In this document: piece after piece, positions 14,853-26,905 of the stretch
Position numbering within the stretch: the stretch's first letter is position 1
Layout of the letters: the number at the start of each line of letters is the position of its first letter
Made by a program: the position numbers and the translations under genes
Notes under the pieces: model-generated
What the model was told of the DNA's origin: nothing
The model's database searches: none
Seen by the model: only the letters and a program-made list of their open reading frames with translations
NCBI GenBank assembly: GCA_011109175.1
Contig: RDEW01000037.1
Coordinates: forward strand, 283,600-347,599
Origin: Dicyema japonicum
Lineage: Eukaryota; Animalia; Dicyemida
Length of the DNA: 64,000 nt
Direction of reading: 5' to 3'

Positions 14853-14924
14853 AATTACTATTGATTGATATTTCTTATTTTATTCAAATTATTTAAATTA
14901 CTTTTATATTTAAATTACATTTTT

Positions 14925-14975
14925 AAGTTATGTTATCCAGTTAAGTCGTGTCCGACCCTTGGAGATCTCATGAAC
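14925..14975 (-). repeat. About 50-bp RTE(BovB-like) 3' terminus; copies at 35436-35486 and 35650-35704
   Basis: The reverse complement gttcatgagatctccaagggtcggacacgacttaa plus (ATAAC)n encodes VHEISKGRTRL, like the RTE C-terminus VHGVxKSRTRL. Confidence 0.65.
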
Positions 14976-15430
14976 AAGGACCTTGGAGTTAAGTACGACA
15001 GTCCACTCAATTTTAACTCCTACGCTAAAGACATGATAACCAGGAACTTCCAGAAAATTAACGTTTTACGCGCCCTTGTCCGGAGGACCCCGAGGAATAT
15101 GGACTTTTCTGTTTCTACCATCTACCAACAAACAATCGCGTCAGCCGTTGAGTATGCCTCCGTTGCATGGAGATTCGCGCTATCAGAGACTATGGTCCAC
15201 AGAGTCAACTCAATATACCAGAAAAACATCAATATGTTTTGTCCACGTAATGGATCAGCAATCGACCCATTACTCATGGAAGCTAAGACCCGTAGTCGTG
15301 GTTCCGGATTTCTTAGCGTCTGTGAGGAAGATGGAAACCCGCTTCGCCTGATCTTTTCCATGACAAGAGAAAACCGATTGGATAGGAAATTCCCCTCCCC
15401 GATCGGATTCCTCTGCAAGACCGAGAGAAA
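14976..15430 (+). mobile_element. LINE RT C-terminal fragment, running into an assembly gap
   Basis: KDLGVKYDSPLNF and IYQQTIASAVEYASVAW. Confidence 0.7.
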
Positions 15431-16622
15431 NNNNNNNNNNNNNNNNNNNNNNNNNNNNNNNNNNNNNNNNNNNNNNNNNNNNNNNNNNNNNNNNNNNNNN
15501 NNNNNNNNNNNNNNNNNNNNNNNNNNNNNNNNNNNNNNNNNNNNNNNNNNNNNNNNNNNNNNNNNNNNNNNNNNNNNNNNNNNNNNNNNNNNNNNNNNNN
15601 NNNNNNNNNNNNNNNNNNNNNNNNNNNNNNNNNNNNNNNNNNNNNNNNNNNNNNNNNNNNNNNNNNNNNNNNNNNNNNNNNNNNNNNNNNNNNNNNNNNN
15701 NNNNNNNNNNNNNNNNNNNNNNNNNNNNNNNNNNNNNNNNNNNNNNNNNNNNNNNNNNNNNNNNNNNNNNNNNNNNNNNNNNNNNNNNNNNNNNNNNNNN
15801 NNNNNNNNNNNNNNNNNNNNNNNNNNNNNNNNNNNNNNNNNNNNNNNNNNNNNNNNNNNNNNNNNNNNNNNNNNNNNNNNNNNNNNNNNNNNNNNNNNNN
15901 NNNNNNNNNNNNNNNNNNNNNNNNNNNNNNNNNNNNNNNNNNNNNNNNNNNNNNNNNNNNNNNNNNNNNNNNNNNNNNNNNNNNNNNNNNNNNNNNNNNN
16001 NNNNNNNNNNNNNNNNNNNNNNNNNNNNNNNNNNNNNNNNNNNNNNNNNNNNNNNNNNNNNNNNNNNNNNNNNNNNNNNNNNNNNNNNNNNNNNNNNNNN
16101 NNNNNNNNNNNNNNNNNNNNNNNNNNNNNNNNNNNNNNNNNNNNNNNNNNNNNNNNNNNNNNNNNNNNNNNNNNNNNNNNNNNNNNNNNNNNNNNNNNNN
16201 NNNNNNNNNNNNNNNNNNNNNNNNNNNNNNNNNNNNNNNNNNNNNNNNNNNNNNNNNNNNNNNNNNNNNNNNNNNNNNNNNNNNNNNNNNNNNNNNNNNN
16301 NNNNNNNNNNNNNNNNNNNNNNNNNNNNNNNNNNNNNNNNNNNNNNNNNNNNNNNNNNNNNNNNNNNNNNNNNNNNNNNNNNNNNNNNNNNNNNNNNNNN
16401 NNNNNNNNNNNNNNNNNNNNNNNNNNNNNTATGGTCGGTCAACTGGGTGCCTAGACGACAATAATGGCGACTTTAAATTTGCTTGGTGTAAAAGGGTTTT
16501 TAGAGCGGTTGACCTTGGTAACTGGTTGAGGATAAAAATGAGAAAATAGTATGATTTTCAATAAAGTTAGATTAAATAGTAATTTGTCAAGATACTAAAC
16601 CACAAAACCAAACAATTACATA

Positions 16623-17297
16623 TTAACAGCAAGACCCAGATTTATTATTTCTAATAAGTTTTACATATTCTAAGTTTGTGACGTGTTTGTTTGCATGGTT
16701 GACCATAATATTGGCTATATTTTGGAAAGTAATATTTACATTGAATCGAGTCTTGGCTGAGGTTTCAAAATACGATATACATCCAGTATTAACAAAGTCG
16801 TTTATTTTCTCCGAAAGTTGGTTATTTAAAGTTTTAGTTGATGAATCAATTAAATCTATTTTATTTCCCACCAAAAAGAATGGATATTTTTGGGGGTCGT
16901 TAATATTCGCCATAATTGAAAACTTTTCCTTCCAATTAAAAAGAGAACTGAGAGTTGCGTCCTTTGTAACGTCAAAAACGAGTATACAGCAGTCTACATC
17001 CCGGTAATACAGATTGTCTATACAATGAAACCTCTCCTGTCCCGCTGTGTCCCAAATCTAATGTCCTTGCTTTATAAATTACTTGCAATTTCACAATGGT
17101 GTCTCCAACTTTGAAATTTTTTGAGCAAAAATCAGAGCCAATTGTAGGCATATGATGATTTGAAAATGCTGTTTCTGGGGAACTTTTCACGAGAGAAGTT
17201 TTCCCGACGCTAATAATTAAAAATTTACGACAAACCCGCTATCTCCAAGAAGAATACCTTTCACAAAAACTGAAACCTCCCCATTATTTAGGACCAT
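16623..17297 (-). CDS. Rab7/Rab9-like small GTPase, 3 exons, 207 aa
   Basis: GDSGVGKTS, PTIGSDF, IWDTAGQERF, DCCILVFDVT, YPFFLVGNKID, YFETSAK and C-terminal SCC. Introns are 26 and 25 nt. Confidence 0.92.
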
Positions 17298-17590
17298 GAC
17301 GAATATCGATAATTTTAAATGTTTTTTATTATTTTATTATTTATTAAAAATAACAGATAATAACGGAAACTCTCATATTATTTATTAAAAATAATAGATA
17401 ATAACGGAAGCTTTATATTAGAATGAACCTTGAGATCCTCAGTAACGTGGCTATGGAAAATTTCTCTCCTGGAAAAAAAGCCATGACTCATCTACATGGT
17501 AGCATTGTTGACTTGTAGTATTAGAAAAGTGTCGCAAAATCCCTATCCCTAAAAATGTAGATGTGGATAGGATACTGATGCAGATTAATA

Positions 17591-18514
17591 CCTAAGCACA
17601 TATAGCTTGGTTCCTAACCCTAAACCTAACCCAGCCCCTTACCCTAACCCTTAATATTACCCTAACCATAATCATAAAATTTAATTAACATAAAATTTTC
17701 CAAAAATTGTTATTTTATGGGGTTACCTAGGGCAAAAATTTTTAGAGCACGGAACCTTATTGACATTTTTCATTTTAAACGGAACNGTAGATGTGGATAG
17801 GATACTGATGCAGATTAATACCTAAGCACATATAGCTTGGTTCCTAACCCTAAACCTAACCCAACCCCTTACCCTAACCCTTAATATTACCCTAACCATA
17901 ATCATAAAATTTAATTAACATAAAATTTTCAAAAAATTGTTATTTTATGGGGTTACCTAGGGAAAAAATTTTTATAGCACGGAACCTTATTGACATTTTT
18001 CATTTTAAACGGAACACATATATAGTTTTTAACAATTATCAGTATTTTACTAATCCAAAAAATACAATGTTAGTTAGTGAGATCGTTGAGGCTTTGTTTA
18101 TTCGCTGAACCAAAGTGTTTTCAATGTCATCAGACATATCCTTGATGCGCCTGCTCACAGAATTAATTAAAATAGGAATTACGTCGAGCTCAGCGGGAGC
18201 AATTCCTCCGAACATTATCTTCACTTTTTCCTTGCATGCAGGCAAAACAACAGTTTTGGAGAGAGTATGCGATTTCATATTTTTAGCGGCAATCTCAGCA
18301 ACAGCATAACTAGCATGCAGTGTTTTTTCGTTTATTTTGAATTTTTGGAACTTTAAGATATGCACTGTCACAAGACTCCATTTAGACACGTGCAAATTAA
18401 ATTAATTTTGAAAAAAATAATTAAAAAAATGTTGGAACTTCGCGGAACTTCTAGATTAGTTCGTGGAACCCTGGTTGGGAACCTCTGACCTAGTGGGTGC
18501 TATAAGTGCTTAGG
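17591..18514. mobile_element. Non-autonomous Helentron/HINE-like element with inverted repeats and degenerate (CCTAAC)n
   Basis: cctaagcacatatagc (17591) is an inverted match (15/16) to gctataagtgcttagg (18499-18514). The pair encloses cctaaccctaaacctaaccc repeats. Confidence 0.55.
17733..18487 (-). mobile_element. Second copy of the hAT/Buster element, nested in a HINE-like element
   Basis: High identity to 24282-25414. The TIR ends at 18487 and the TSD is acctaggg/acctagtg. The left part is duplicated across the N at 17786. Confidence 0.85.
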
Positions 18515-18519
18515 GGATA

Positions 18520-20085
18520 CCAAACTGCACAAGTACCGTAAATGGTGTCATATCCTGCCCCTTTTAGCCGGAGATGTCGAGGAAAATCCTAGATATCATA
18601 ATGAAAGTTGACAATAATAGAATCTCAACGAAAATTACAGAACTACAACGCTTTCTCTTGAAACATTCAGTAAATATAGATATTTTTCAAGACACAAAAC
18701 TTAACCCACACCATTCCGGGATATTCGGTTTTCAGACGAGACAGAAGTCACGGAAGGAGTGGAGGGTTATTATATTGATCAGGAATTATATTCGTTTAAT
18801 TTTCATCCGCTTTTGTGATGGAAAAAACCTGCTTCGTCAATCTTTATCTGTTTGTGTCGAGCGAGGAAAGTTGTTTCTCCAATCGATTTCCAATGCAACC
18901 ACTGGAGGCGAAGCTTTAGTAGGTATAATGGATGACCGTAGACGTAAGATGGCTAGACTGATCGTGGGAACTAGGATCATCTAAAGTGTTAGATTTTTTC
19001 TTTCTTTGTAACCCTTGAATTTTTAATAAACAGAAGAAATTTAAAATTTGTAGAAAAATAATAGACCAGTTTACTGCAAAATAAATAATAAGGCCTCTTG
19101 AAGCCTTGATACGAATGAACTAGAGAACACACCGTTAATGAAATTCAGATGTCAATCAACACTGAAAAATCTGTTACAACTTTCTATACCTCGGACAAAA
19201 GATTGTCGAGCAGGACAATAGAGGTTAATGCAGAGGAAAAAGGATTGCCTTTAAACAAATAGCAAAAAATATTGGGTCTGACTTTCGATACTTTCGAGAC
19301 ACCTCACTAACATGCTGAACAAATTTGATAAGAAAATCAATTTTCTGAAATGCCTAACAGGTCTATAAAAAATCGGACATCACCCTATACTTGAAACGCT
19401 TTACTCACAGTACATCGAACCATGCATTTCATATGCGTGTACTTCATGGGGACTATTGCCCTCTTAAACGAACACTCAGAAAATCTCCACAACAAAGAAA
19501 AGGGCCTTCAAACTAACTGAGAGATGGTATAAAGGGAAAAAATCAAATCACCGACGCCCATGGAGACACTAATTTAAAAAAACACGCAACGAACTCGTCT
19601 GCAACGAATTGCAACAAAGTACCACAAGGGTTATCTGAAGCAGTTGGGGGTAGATAGGAAGCTCCAGGCCTATCTACAGTCCACTGTATTAAAGCGGACC
19701 CTAGAGAGCCTGATACTGGAGTATAGGAGGCAGAGCNNNNNNNNNNNNNNNNNNNNNNNNNNNNNNNNNNNNNNNNNNNNNNNNNNNNNNNNNNNNNNNN
19801 NNNNNNNNNNTACCACAAGGGTTATCTGAAGCATTTGGGGGTAGATAGGAAGCTCCAGGCCTATCTACAGTCCACTGTATTAAAGCGGACCCTAGAGAGC
19901 CTGACACTGGAGTATAGGAGGCAGAGCACTGAGATGCCATATTGGCAAAGGGTTCAATTCGACAAGGCGCTCTCCGAGTTGTTTCAACAACCTTCCTCGC
20001 CTGCCTGTTCGGCAGCCTCTTCAGGCAGGCGAAGAAGGTTATTGATTATTAAATATATTAACTTTTTTATTGTTGGTTAAATAAA
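18520..20085 (+). mobile_element. Internally deleted APE-RT LINE with an N-terminal 2A-like motif
   Basis: LLAGDVEENP directly precedes the APE start (IIMKVDNNRISTKITEL...FQDTKL). Later RT C-terminal remnants include KILGLTFD and YIEPCISYAC. Confidence 0.75.
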
Positions 20086-21895
20086 GTGGTTTAATTTATC
20101 GATCGAAAAAGTACCCTAATAAGTGGGGTTTTGTACTTTAAATTTAGGCTTCCTATTGGTCAAAAAATGTAAGAATCATTCAAAATAATATTTATTAAAA
20201 AAATCGCCCCCAAAACAGATGGTACCCCAAGGCCGGGGTTTTATTGGGGCGGGGTCGTACTGTATTCTCACAAAATATTTGCCCATCTATCCAGTTGAAA
20301 AAATCTGAGTCTTGTATCAATTTCTTATAAGCCAAACAAACCATTGAATTATCACCGCGAGGCGCCATGTGGTGCTACATGGCTAATTGGTTGAAGTTTT
20401 CTGTTTTTTTGTCTGTTCCTCCTTTTCTCATTCCTACTAGAGTTGCGCCATGTGATCCGCATGTCTCAGGTGGCGCATAGTGTTAGACTGACACGAAAAA
20501 TGATTATTTACTCTCCCCCACTCCATTGGAAAAGTTTCCACAGCTGCAAATGTTTCTGTAACTGTGGAAACTAGATACTCTCAATTGGTTGTATGCAACT
20601 TTTTTCTTGGTATATCTGGTGTTAATAAATTAATTATATGACAAACTAGTGGATACAGCAATAAGCACAGATACGAAAGTACAGAACAACAAAGCAGATA
20701 TCTTCGTATAAGACAGAAGGAGGAATTTAATTACGCTCATCGAAGTTAGAATCACCTCTCTTTACGCATTGAAACAAGTCGATGTTGAAAAGCTACACAA
20801 ATATGACTTGCCAGTGAATTGGCATTAATCCACAATGGTAAAGTTAATATTATACCAATCGTACTAACATGGGATGTATTGTGAGCAAATTGTACAAACA
20901 TCATCACAATTCCCTAAAAGTTGAGGCACCAACTCGAGCATATATTTAATCAACAGTGATCAAGAAAACCTTGGAGAGAATGCGTATAGAGCACAAATAT
21001 GGAATGACTTCCTTGGACGATTCTTAGAAAACTCACAGCCTAAGTGGAACGAATGAAGCATTATCGTCGTGCCAAGAGGCAAAGAAGAAATGCGTATAGA
21101 ACACAAATATGGAATGACTTCCTTGGACGATTCCCAGAAAACTCACAGCCTAAGGGGAACGAATGAAGCAGTATCATCGTGCCAAAGGGCAAAGAAGAAA
21201 AAAATAAGTTAAAGGGAAAAATTATTTGGTTCATTTATTTCTGATAGTTTTGATGTCAATAATACTTATTTTACTTGCCAAACTTCCCTAGGACAACAAC
21301 ACATACGTTATCATTGCTTTTTCATCGAGTTCATTTACAGGTAGGTCATTTTAGCATGTTTACTCTTAAATTTTTCACACGAAGGCTATCTGAGAGGCAT
21401 CTTCTTTCATTAGTCACCATGACCTGGTCGAAGGATTCCTTTCTGTTCTTTGCCTTCTGCAATTCCTAAGAGGCGCCTACCTTTCAGACGCCCAGTGGCT
21501 GGCCTGCTCGCTTTTTCCCACTTTACTGGATGAGTTCCCACAATGGCGGATATATATGGACGTGATGCTTGGAAAGGATTCGTCTTACTTAGTTGTGGAC
21601 TATTGCTTTCTTTCAAACCCAGTAATCCGTGGGGCAATAAATAATAATGGCGTAGGTATCCCATAATTTCATACATTTTACTGTTATCAGATGTTGTGTT
21701 TAATAAATTATATAGTTTGAGTCAAGACAGTTTATTTATTGAACTAACAGCCAAAAGCGACGCTCCCAGATGTGTTTGGTGCTGTGCAGAACTCGGAGGC
21801 TAACCCTGACAAAAGAAAAGGTTGCCTGTATTCTGGTAGTCAAGAAAGTATTATTGGAAAATTGGAAAAAACAATTGTCCGATTCTGTTCAGATT

Positions 21896-21957
21896 GGTTT
21901 TCATGTGAGTCACCTGCTCGTGGAGAAAACTGCCTAAAGTTGTATCTAGCAGACCCA
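21896..21957 (+). ncRNA. Candidate HDV-like self-cleaving ribozyme
   Basis: P1 GGUUUUC/GAAAACU (G.U at +1), P2 UGAGUC/GACCCA, P3 ACC/GGA, L3 UGCUCGU, P1.1 GC/GC, J4/2 CUAGCA. A related copy lies at 55336-55396 (-). Confidence 0.5.
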
Positions 21958-22074
21958 ACGTAAATAATTAATTAATTGTATTTATTATTTTTATTAGAAC
22001 ATGCTTCTGAAATTAATATCATATACATCTGGAGTATAATTTACTTTAAAAGATATTAATATTCCACATTATAA

Positions 22075-22998
22075 ATGTTGTACATTTTTATCATTTTCAT
22101 TATTCCCAAGACTTATTCTGGTTCATTTACTGCTTATTTGAAGACAAAGTTATCCAAAGTTCAAAAAGCCGCTACAGAATCGTTCATAAATGGGCTACCT
22201 TTTTGGAGGCTGATAAAGACTGCAAAAGCAAAGGGATGGAGTTATTAAGCATTGACTGCAGCGAGGAGAATGACTTTCTATCAAGTTTATTACATTTAAT
22301 AGCAGATGTCCTTGAACCTAACCTTGACTACTATATTGGAGTCCTATACCACGATGAATCTGGGGAATACAGAAAATTAGATAATTCGAAATTGGCATGA
22401 TATTACTATAATTAAGACATACACAAATTGGAATGAACTGTTTAGACAGAAATTATATAGATGTGTCGAGATGTACTCGGGTTCCAACGAATGGGTTGAC
22501 ATTGCTTGTTCGAGACGTCGGTTTTATATTTGTGAACAGAGTTTATCCCAGAAGGGCAAATCGGGTGAATTAAACAGAAATTGTAGTTTATTAATAATTT
22601 ACGAAAGCTGAATATTCACAAAATGAGGAAAAGAGGGGGGAAATCTTAGTAGTAGCGGATCAATTAAAATTCTGCGATGCTAAGAAATTTTGCAAAAAAC
22701 AAAACATGAAGATGGGAGTTTTCAAACAAACTGAAATCAAAAAAATCATAAACTTACTCCCATCAAATGATTTCTATTTTATTGACCACAGACTGAATTC
22801 TAACGGAGTTTTTGCAGCAAATGGAAACTTGGATGTATAGACTAGAATATAATTTTGTAGAATAGATTTAACATTGTTGCTAGTGACGAGGAAATCAAAA
22901 ACTACACACCAAAAAAGAAATGCACACAAATAAAAATAGATGGATCTATACAAGCTGTCTCCTGCAAAACAAAAAATAAATTTATTTGTATACGCTAA
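22075..22998 (+). CDS. Secreted protein with two C-type lectin-like domains, 6 exons, about 268 aa
   Basis: Hydrophobic N-terminus. Domain 1 reads TFLEADKDC...LLSI...EENDFL...YYIG...YTNW...CVEM...WVDIAC...FYICE, and domain 2 reads KFCDAKKFC...KCTQI...VSC...FIC. Five introns of 21-26 nt, one GC-AG. Confidence 0.85.
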
Positions 22999-24281
22999 TC
23001 AATACTGACTAATGGATTCAGTGTTGTTTTAATTATAAAATTTAATACAACTTAACACTTAATGGGAATTATATTAACAAATGTTAATTAGGTGCTTCAC
23101 ACTTTTTTAATATAACACAAAAGTAGGACAGTTTAATACTATCTTCTTGCCTTGGAGAGTCCGGACTCTTTAACACTTAATGGGAATTATATTAACAAAT
23201 GTTAATTAGGTGCTTCACACTTTTTTAATATAACACAAAAGTAGGACAGTTGAATACTATCTTCTTGCCTTGGAGAGTCCGGACTTTTTACTAGAGTCCC
23301 TCCCAACTGGTTTAATCCATAGTAAGTTTAATATATGATGCCAAGCCACAGGTATTCTTACGGAAGACGTAATCCTCTACTTTACAGTCTCTACGATCTT
23401 TTTCAATACTGTCCCTTGAACCATTCAGTTTCATATTAGGTCTCGATTTTTCCCATGTTATTCACGGATTACACAAAGTTTATATTTTAGTCACATTTTA
23501 TACAAAAACAGAGAGCTTGATTTTCTAATCCAATAATAGTAAATTGCATTTAGAGAAAGTCATTTATTTACCATTTCTCCTTTAAGTGAAGAAAAACGGC
23601 GGCTAGCTGAAACGAGGCAGACAAAAATGGACTCAGAGCTGGAAAGTGCATAAAAATGAAGCCAATGAACCCAATCTCTTTCCCTTACTATCAAATAGTT
23701 TGATAATTATTATAATACTAGGGTTAATCTACCCTTATATGACTTTGCCACCTCATACCTAACTAACAAGTAGGAGGCTGGTTGCCATCAAGCGTACAGC
23801 TGAGTAATATACTTAGGTGATCAGGTAAAAGAATCCAAAAACTCAAATCATCTCAGAGGTGGATGGTGATAAGATTCGTGATAGGATTCTTTTGGAATTA
23901 TTNAATCTACCCTTATATGACTTTGCCACCTCATACCTAACTAACAAGTAGGAGGCTGGTTGCCATCAAGCGTACAGCTGAGTAATATACTTAGGTGATC
24001 AGGTAAAAGAATCCAAAAACTCAAATCATCTCAGAGGTGGATGGTGATAAGATTCGTGATAGGATTCTTTTGGAATTATTTTCCTTAACTTTCGATCAAA
24101 AGTTACCTTCGTAAACTTTCTACTTATACAACCTCTTTGGATGTTATCTTTTTTTCCTATAGTTACATTAACCGCAAGTAATTTCTATGGCTGCTAACAA
24201 ACAAAAAATCCTCGGGTAGAACCGTGTACTTTCTCCGTTTTGACCTCTCGGCCTAAACTAGCGACAGAACAGACTCTAGAG

Positions 24282-25414
24282 CAGAGGTTCCCAACCTGGG
24301 TTCCGCGAAGTTCCAAATTTTTTTTAATTCTTTTTCAAAAGAATAATTTTTCAAAACGAATTAATTTAATTTGCGCGTGTCTAAATGGAGTCTTGTGACA
24401 CTGCATATCTTAAAGTTCGATCGTATCGAATAAGTTATATTGCCTTTGGTTTCACATGGACTGGGGACATGGATTGCCCTCTACCATTTTGTGTTGTTTG
24501 CGGTGAAAAACTTGCGAATAATGCTATGGATGAAAAAAAGAATATTTTATGCGGAAATTGGACTAGAATAAAGTTCAAGCATCCCGTTTTACAAAAATTC
24601 AAAATAAACAAAAAAGCACTGCATGCTAGTTATGCTGCTGCTGAGATTATCGCTAAAAATATGAATTCACATACTCTCGCCGAAACTGTTATTTTGCCTG
24701 CATGCAAAAAACTAGTGAAGATAATGTTTAGAGAAATTGCTGCCGCTGAGCTCGACTTAATTCCTATTTCTAATAATTCTGTAAGCAGACGCATCAAAGA
24801 AATGTCTGATGACATTGAAACCACTTTGGTTCGGCGAATAAAAAAATCTGTGTTTTTTGCCCTTCAAGTGGATGAAAACTCAGATATTAAAGGAAGAATG
24901 CAACTCCTTGTTTTCGTTCGATATATGAACGTAAATTCATTGTTGAAGATTTTCTTTGATGCAAAGAGTTGCTCGGAACAAAAAGGGATATGACATTTTC
25001 AATCTTATAAATTCATATTTTGAGGATATAAAGTTGGATTGAAATGCATTTGTGGGTATCTGCACTGATGGTGCTCCACCAATGACTGGGCAATTTAAAA
25101 GTTTTGTTTTTATTGCGAAAAATAAGAATCCAAACATTATTCACACGCATTGTTTTCTTCATCGCGATGCATTGTTCGCGAAAACTATTGGACACTAACC
25201 TAAACATGCTTTGAACGTGGTTGTAAAAATAATTAATTACATCAAAATGAGGCCGTTGAAATAGTTCTCGAAACTTTGTGAAAATGTAGAACATTCGCTA
25301 GTTATTTTTTGTATTAGTAAAATACTAATAATTGTTAAAAACTATATAAGGGTTCCGTTTTAAATGAAAAATGTAGATAGGGTTCCGTGCTCTCAAAAAG
25401 GTTGGTAACCACTG
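24282..25414 (+). mobile_element. hAT (Buster/ZBED8-like) DNA transposon, internally deleted
   Basis: TIRs CAGAGGTTCCCAACCT and AGGTTGGTAACCACTG, with an 8-bp nnnTAnnn TSD (ctctagag/ttttagag). Transposase motifs include FGFT...PFCVVCGEKLAN, FALQVDE, CTDGAP and THCFLHR. Confidence 0.9.
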
Positions 25415-25424
25415 TTTTAGAGGC

Positions 25425-26780
25425 AATCTGATATAGGTTGTAAGGGGCGAATGTTTTGGTGCAGGTGACGACCCAGAAGGATGTTCCCCGGCTTCAAATG
25501 GGAAGATGGTCATCCCATCGGGTCGTTTCCCATCACGCCTGCAAAGATCGACTGGTTCGAGCATAGAAGGGTATCGGGCAGCGTCCAAAGCTCGCCTAAC
25601 GACTTCGTTTAAGGCCATGTGTCTGGGAGATCTGCCCGCATTCTTCCTATAAGAGAAAGGGTGCAGGCCAAGACAGTCAATCTGGTCTCCGCATCGGCAT
25701 GCGGCATACAGACTTTTAATCCGAGTCGTAATGAGATCCCAATACACATTCACCATGCAGAAAGGAAACCAAAACTCTATTAGGAATGGCATTGAGCCAG
25801 GCGTCGCTCTCAGAAGACGCCCCCAACTCCAAACAAACATGGCATGTTGATTAGATGACACTTCAGATCTTCAAATGACTACCGGTATGCGGCATCGTCC
25901 AGACCCCATTGAGAGGTCATGGATGTTGGGAAAATTGATAGGTATGGCTTCAGGTTTCACGAGCATGACCGACGTCCTGGTTAGTAGAGAATTCAGGGAG
26001 GGAGTATAGAATCTTCTTGAAAGGTTGTTACAGGCAATGAAAGATATGCAGGGAGAGAAATGTCTACAGGGTTGCGAATTCAAATCCCTCCAGCAGTGTT
26101 CCCTGCTTCCGTGAGATACGCTCCGCTGTCGAACAGAAGATCCCGTCAATGTGTGCAGTTGGTCGCATTGGGTAAAATCGAGAGAATCTTCAGGATATAT
26201 ACAAGCCTCTGTTCATTAAGGCTGTTCTTTAGAAGGAATAATGATGTATGCATGGCAAGTAGGCACAAGCAGTCCGAAATCTCTTCGAGTAATACTCCCT
26301 ATTACATGTATGGTGATTGGAAATCCGAGGAATACAAGGTCTTCGTCGAGCGTTGAAATACTTTCAGGCAGTTAATTCGCGATAAATAAAATATCGGACA
26401 ACTTCGGGAAGTACTCCAGACAGAATCCAGTTCATAAGTGAGGTAATTGAACACGTAAGATAAAATCCTGGATCTCCTACGGACAAGAAATTATGTCTTT
26501 TAGATGGTCTTATTCTGTCAAGCCTACCAATGTTACTAGGGACAAAATTCCGTATTGCGAAAAGTACTTCATAGTTTGATGCAATCAAAAATCTCACTCC
26601 GGCTGGGGGAGCGACTAAGCGTATATTACGAGGGGGCAAAAAATGCTTGCTCAAAAAAATACTCTAGGCATAAGGAGTCGGTTTTCGCGGTCTATTTGAA
26701 GAGATTGCACTGATAGCTGCCCGGACGAGGAACTTCCCTACATAAGCCGAGGGAGGCATTGCCATAATCCAAACGCGGTT
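25425..26780 (-). mobile_element. CRE-like non-LTR retrotransposon fragment
   Basis: CRCG...H..S, RHMALNEVVRRAL and LEPVDLCRRDGKRPDGMTIFP; same family as 39780-42612. Confidence 0.85.
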
Positions 26781-26905
26781 TCTATGTTTATTTTATTTGT
26801 TTACTACTAAATATTACTAATTATTTAAATATATAAAATATCATTAATTTAATAAAAAGCGCTTTTGAAAATAGTGTTTTGTTGTGAGAGAAGTAAACAA
26901 TTCTA

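Noticed and set aside
3200-16429. Long ORFs spanning N runs (3057-3980, 14865-16461)
   Set aside because: They are artefacts of translating assembly gaps.
17610-17900. Telomere-like (CCCTAA)n tract
   Set aside because: The tract is short, degenerate and enclosed by inverted repeats, so it is better explained as part of a HINE-like element than as a telomere or fusion scar.
18493-18545. Apparent CxxC..H..CH zinc motif upstream of the 2A peptide
   Set aside because: The CYKC part is encoded by the neighbouring element's inverted repeat (18499-18514), so the fusion is coincidental.
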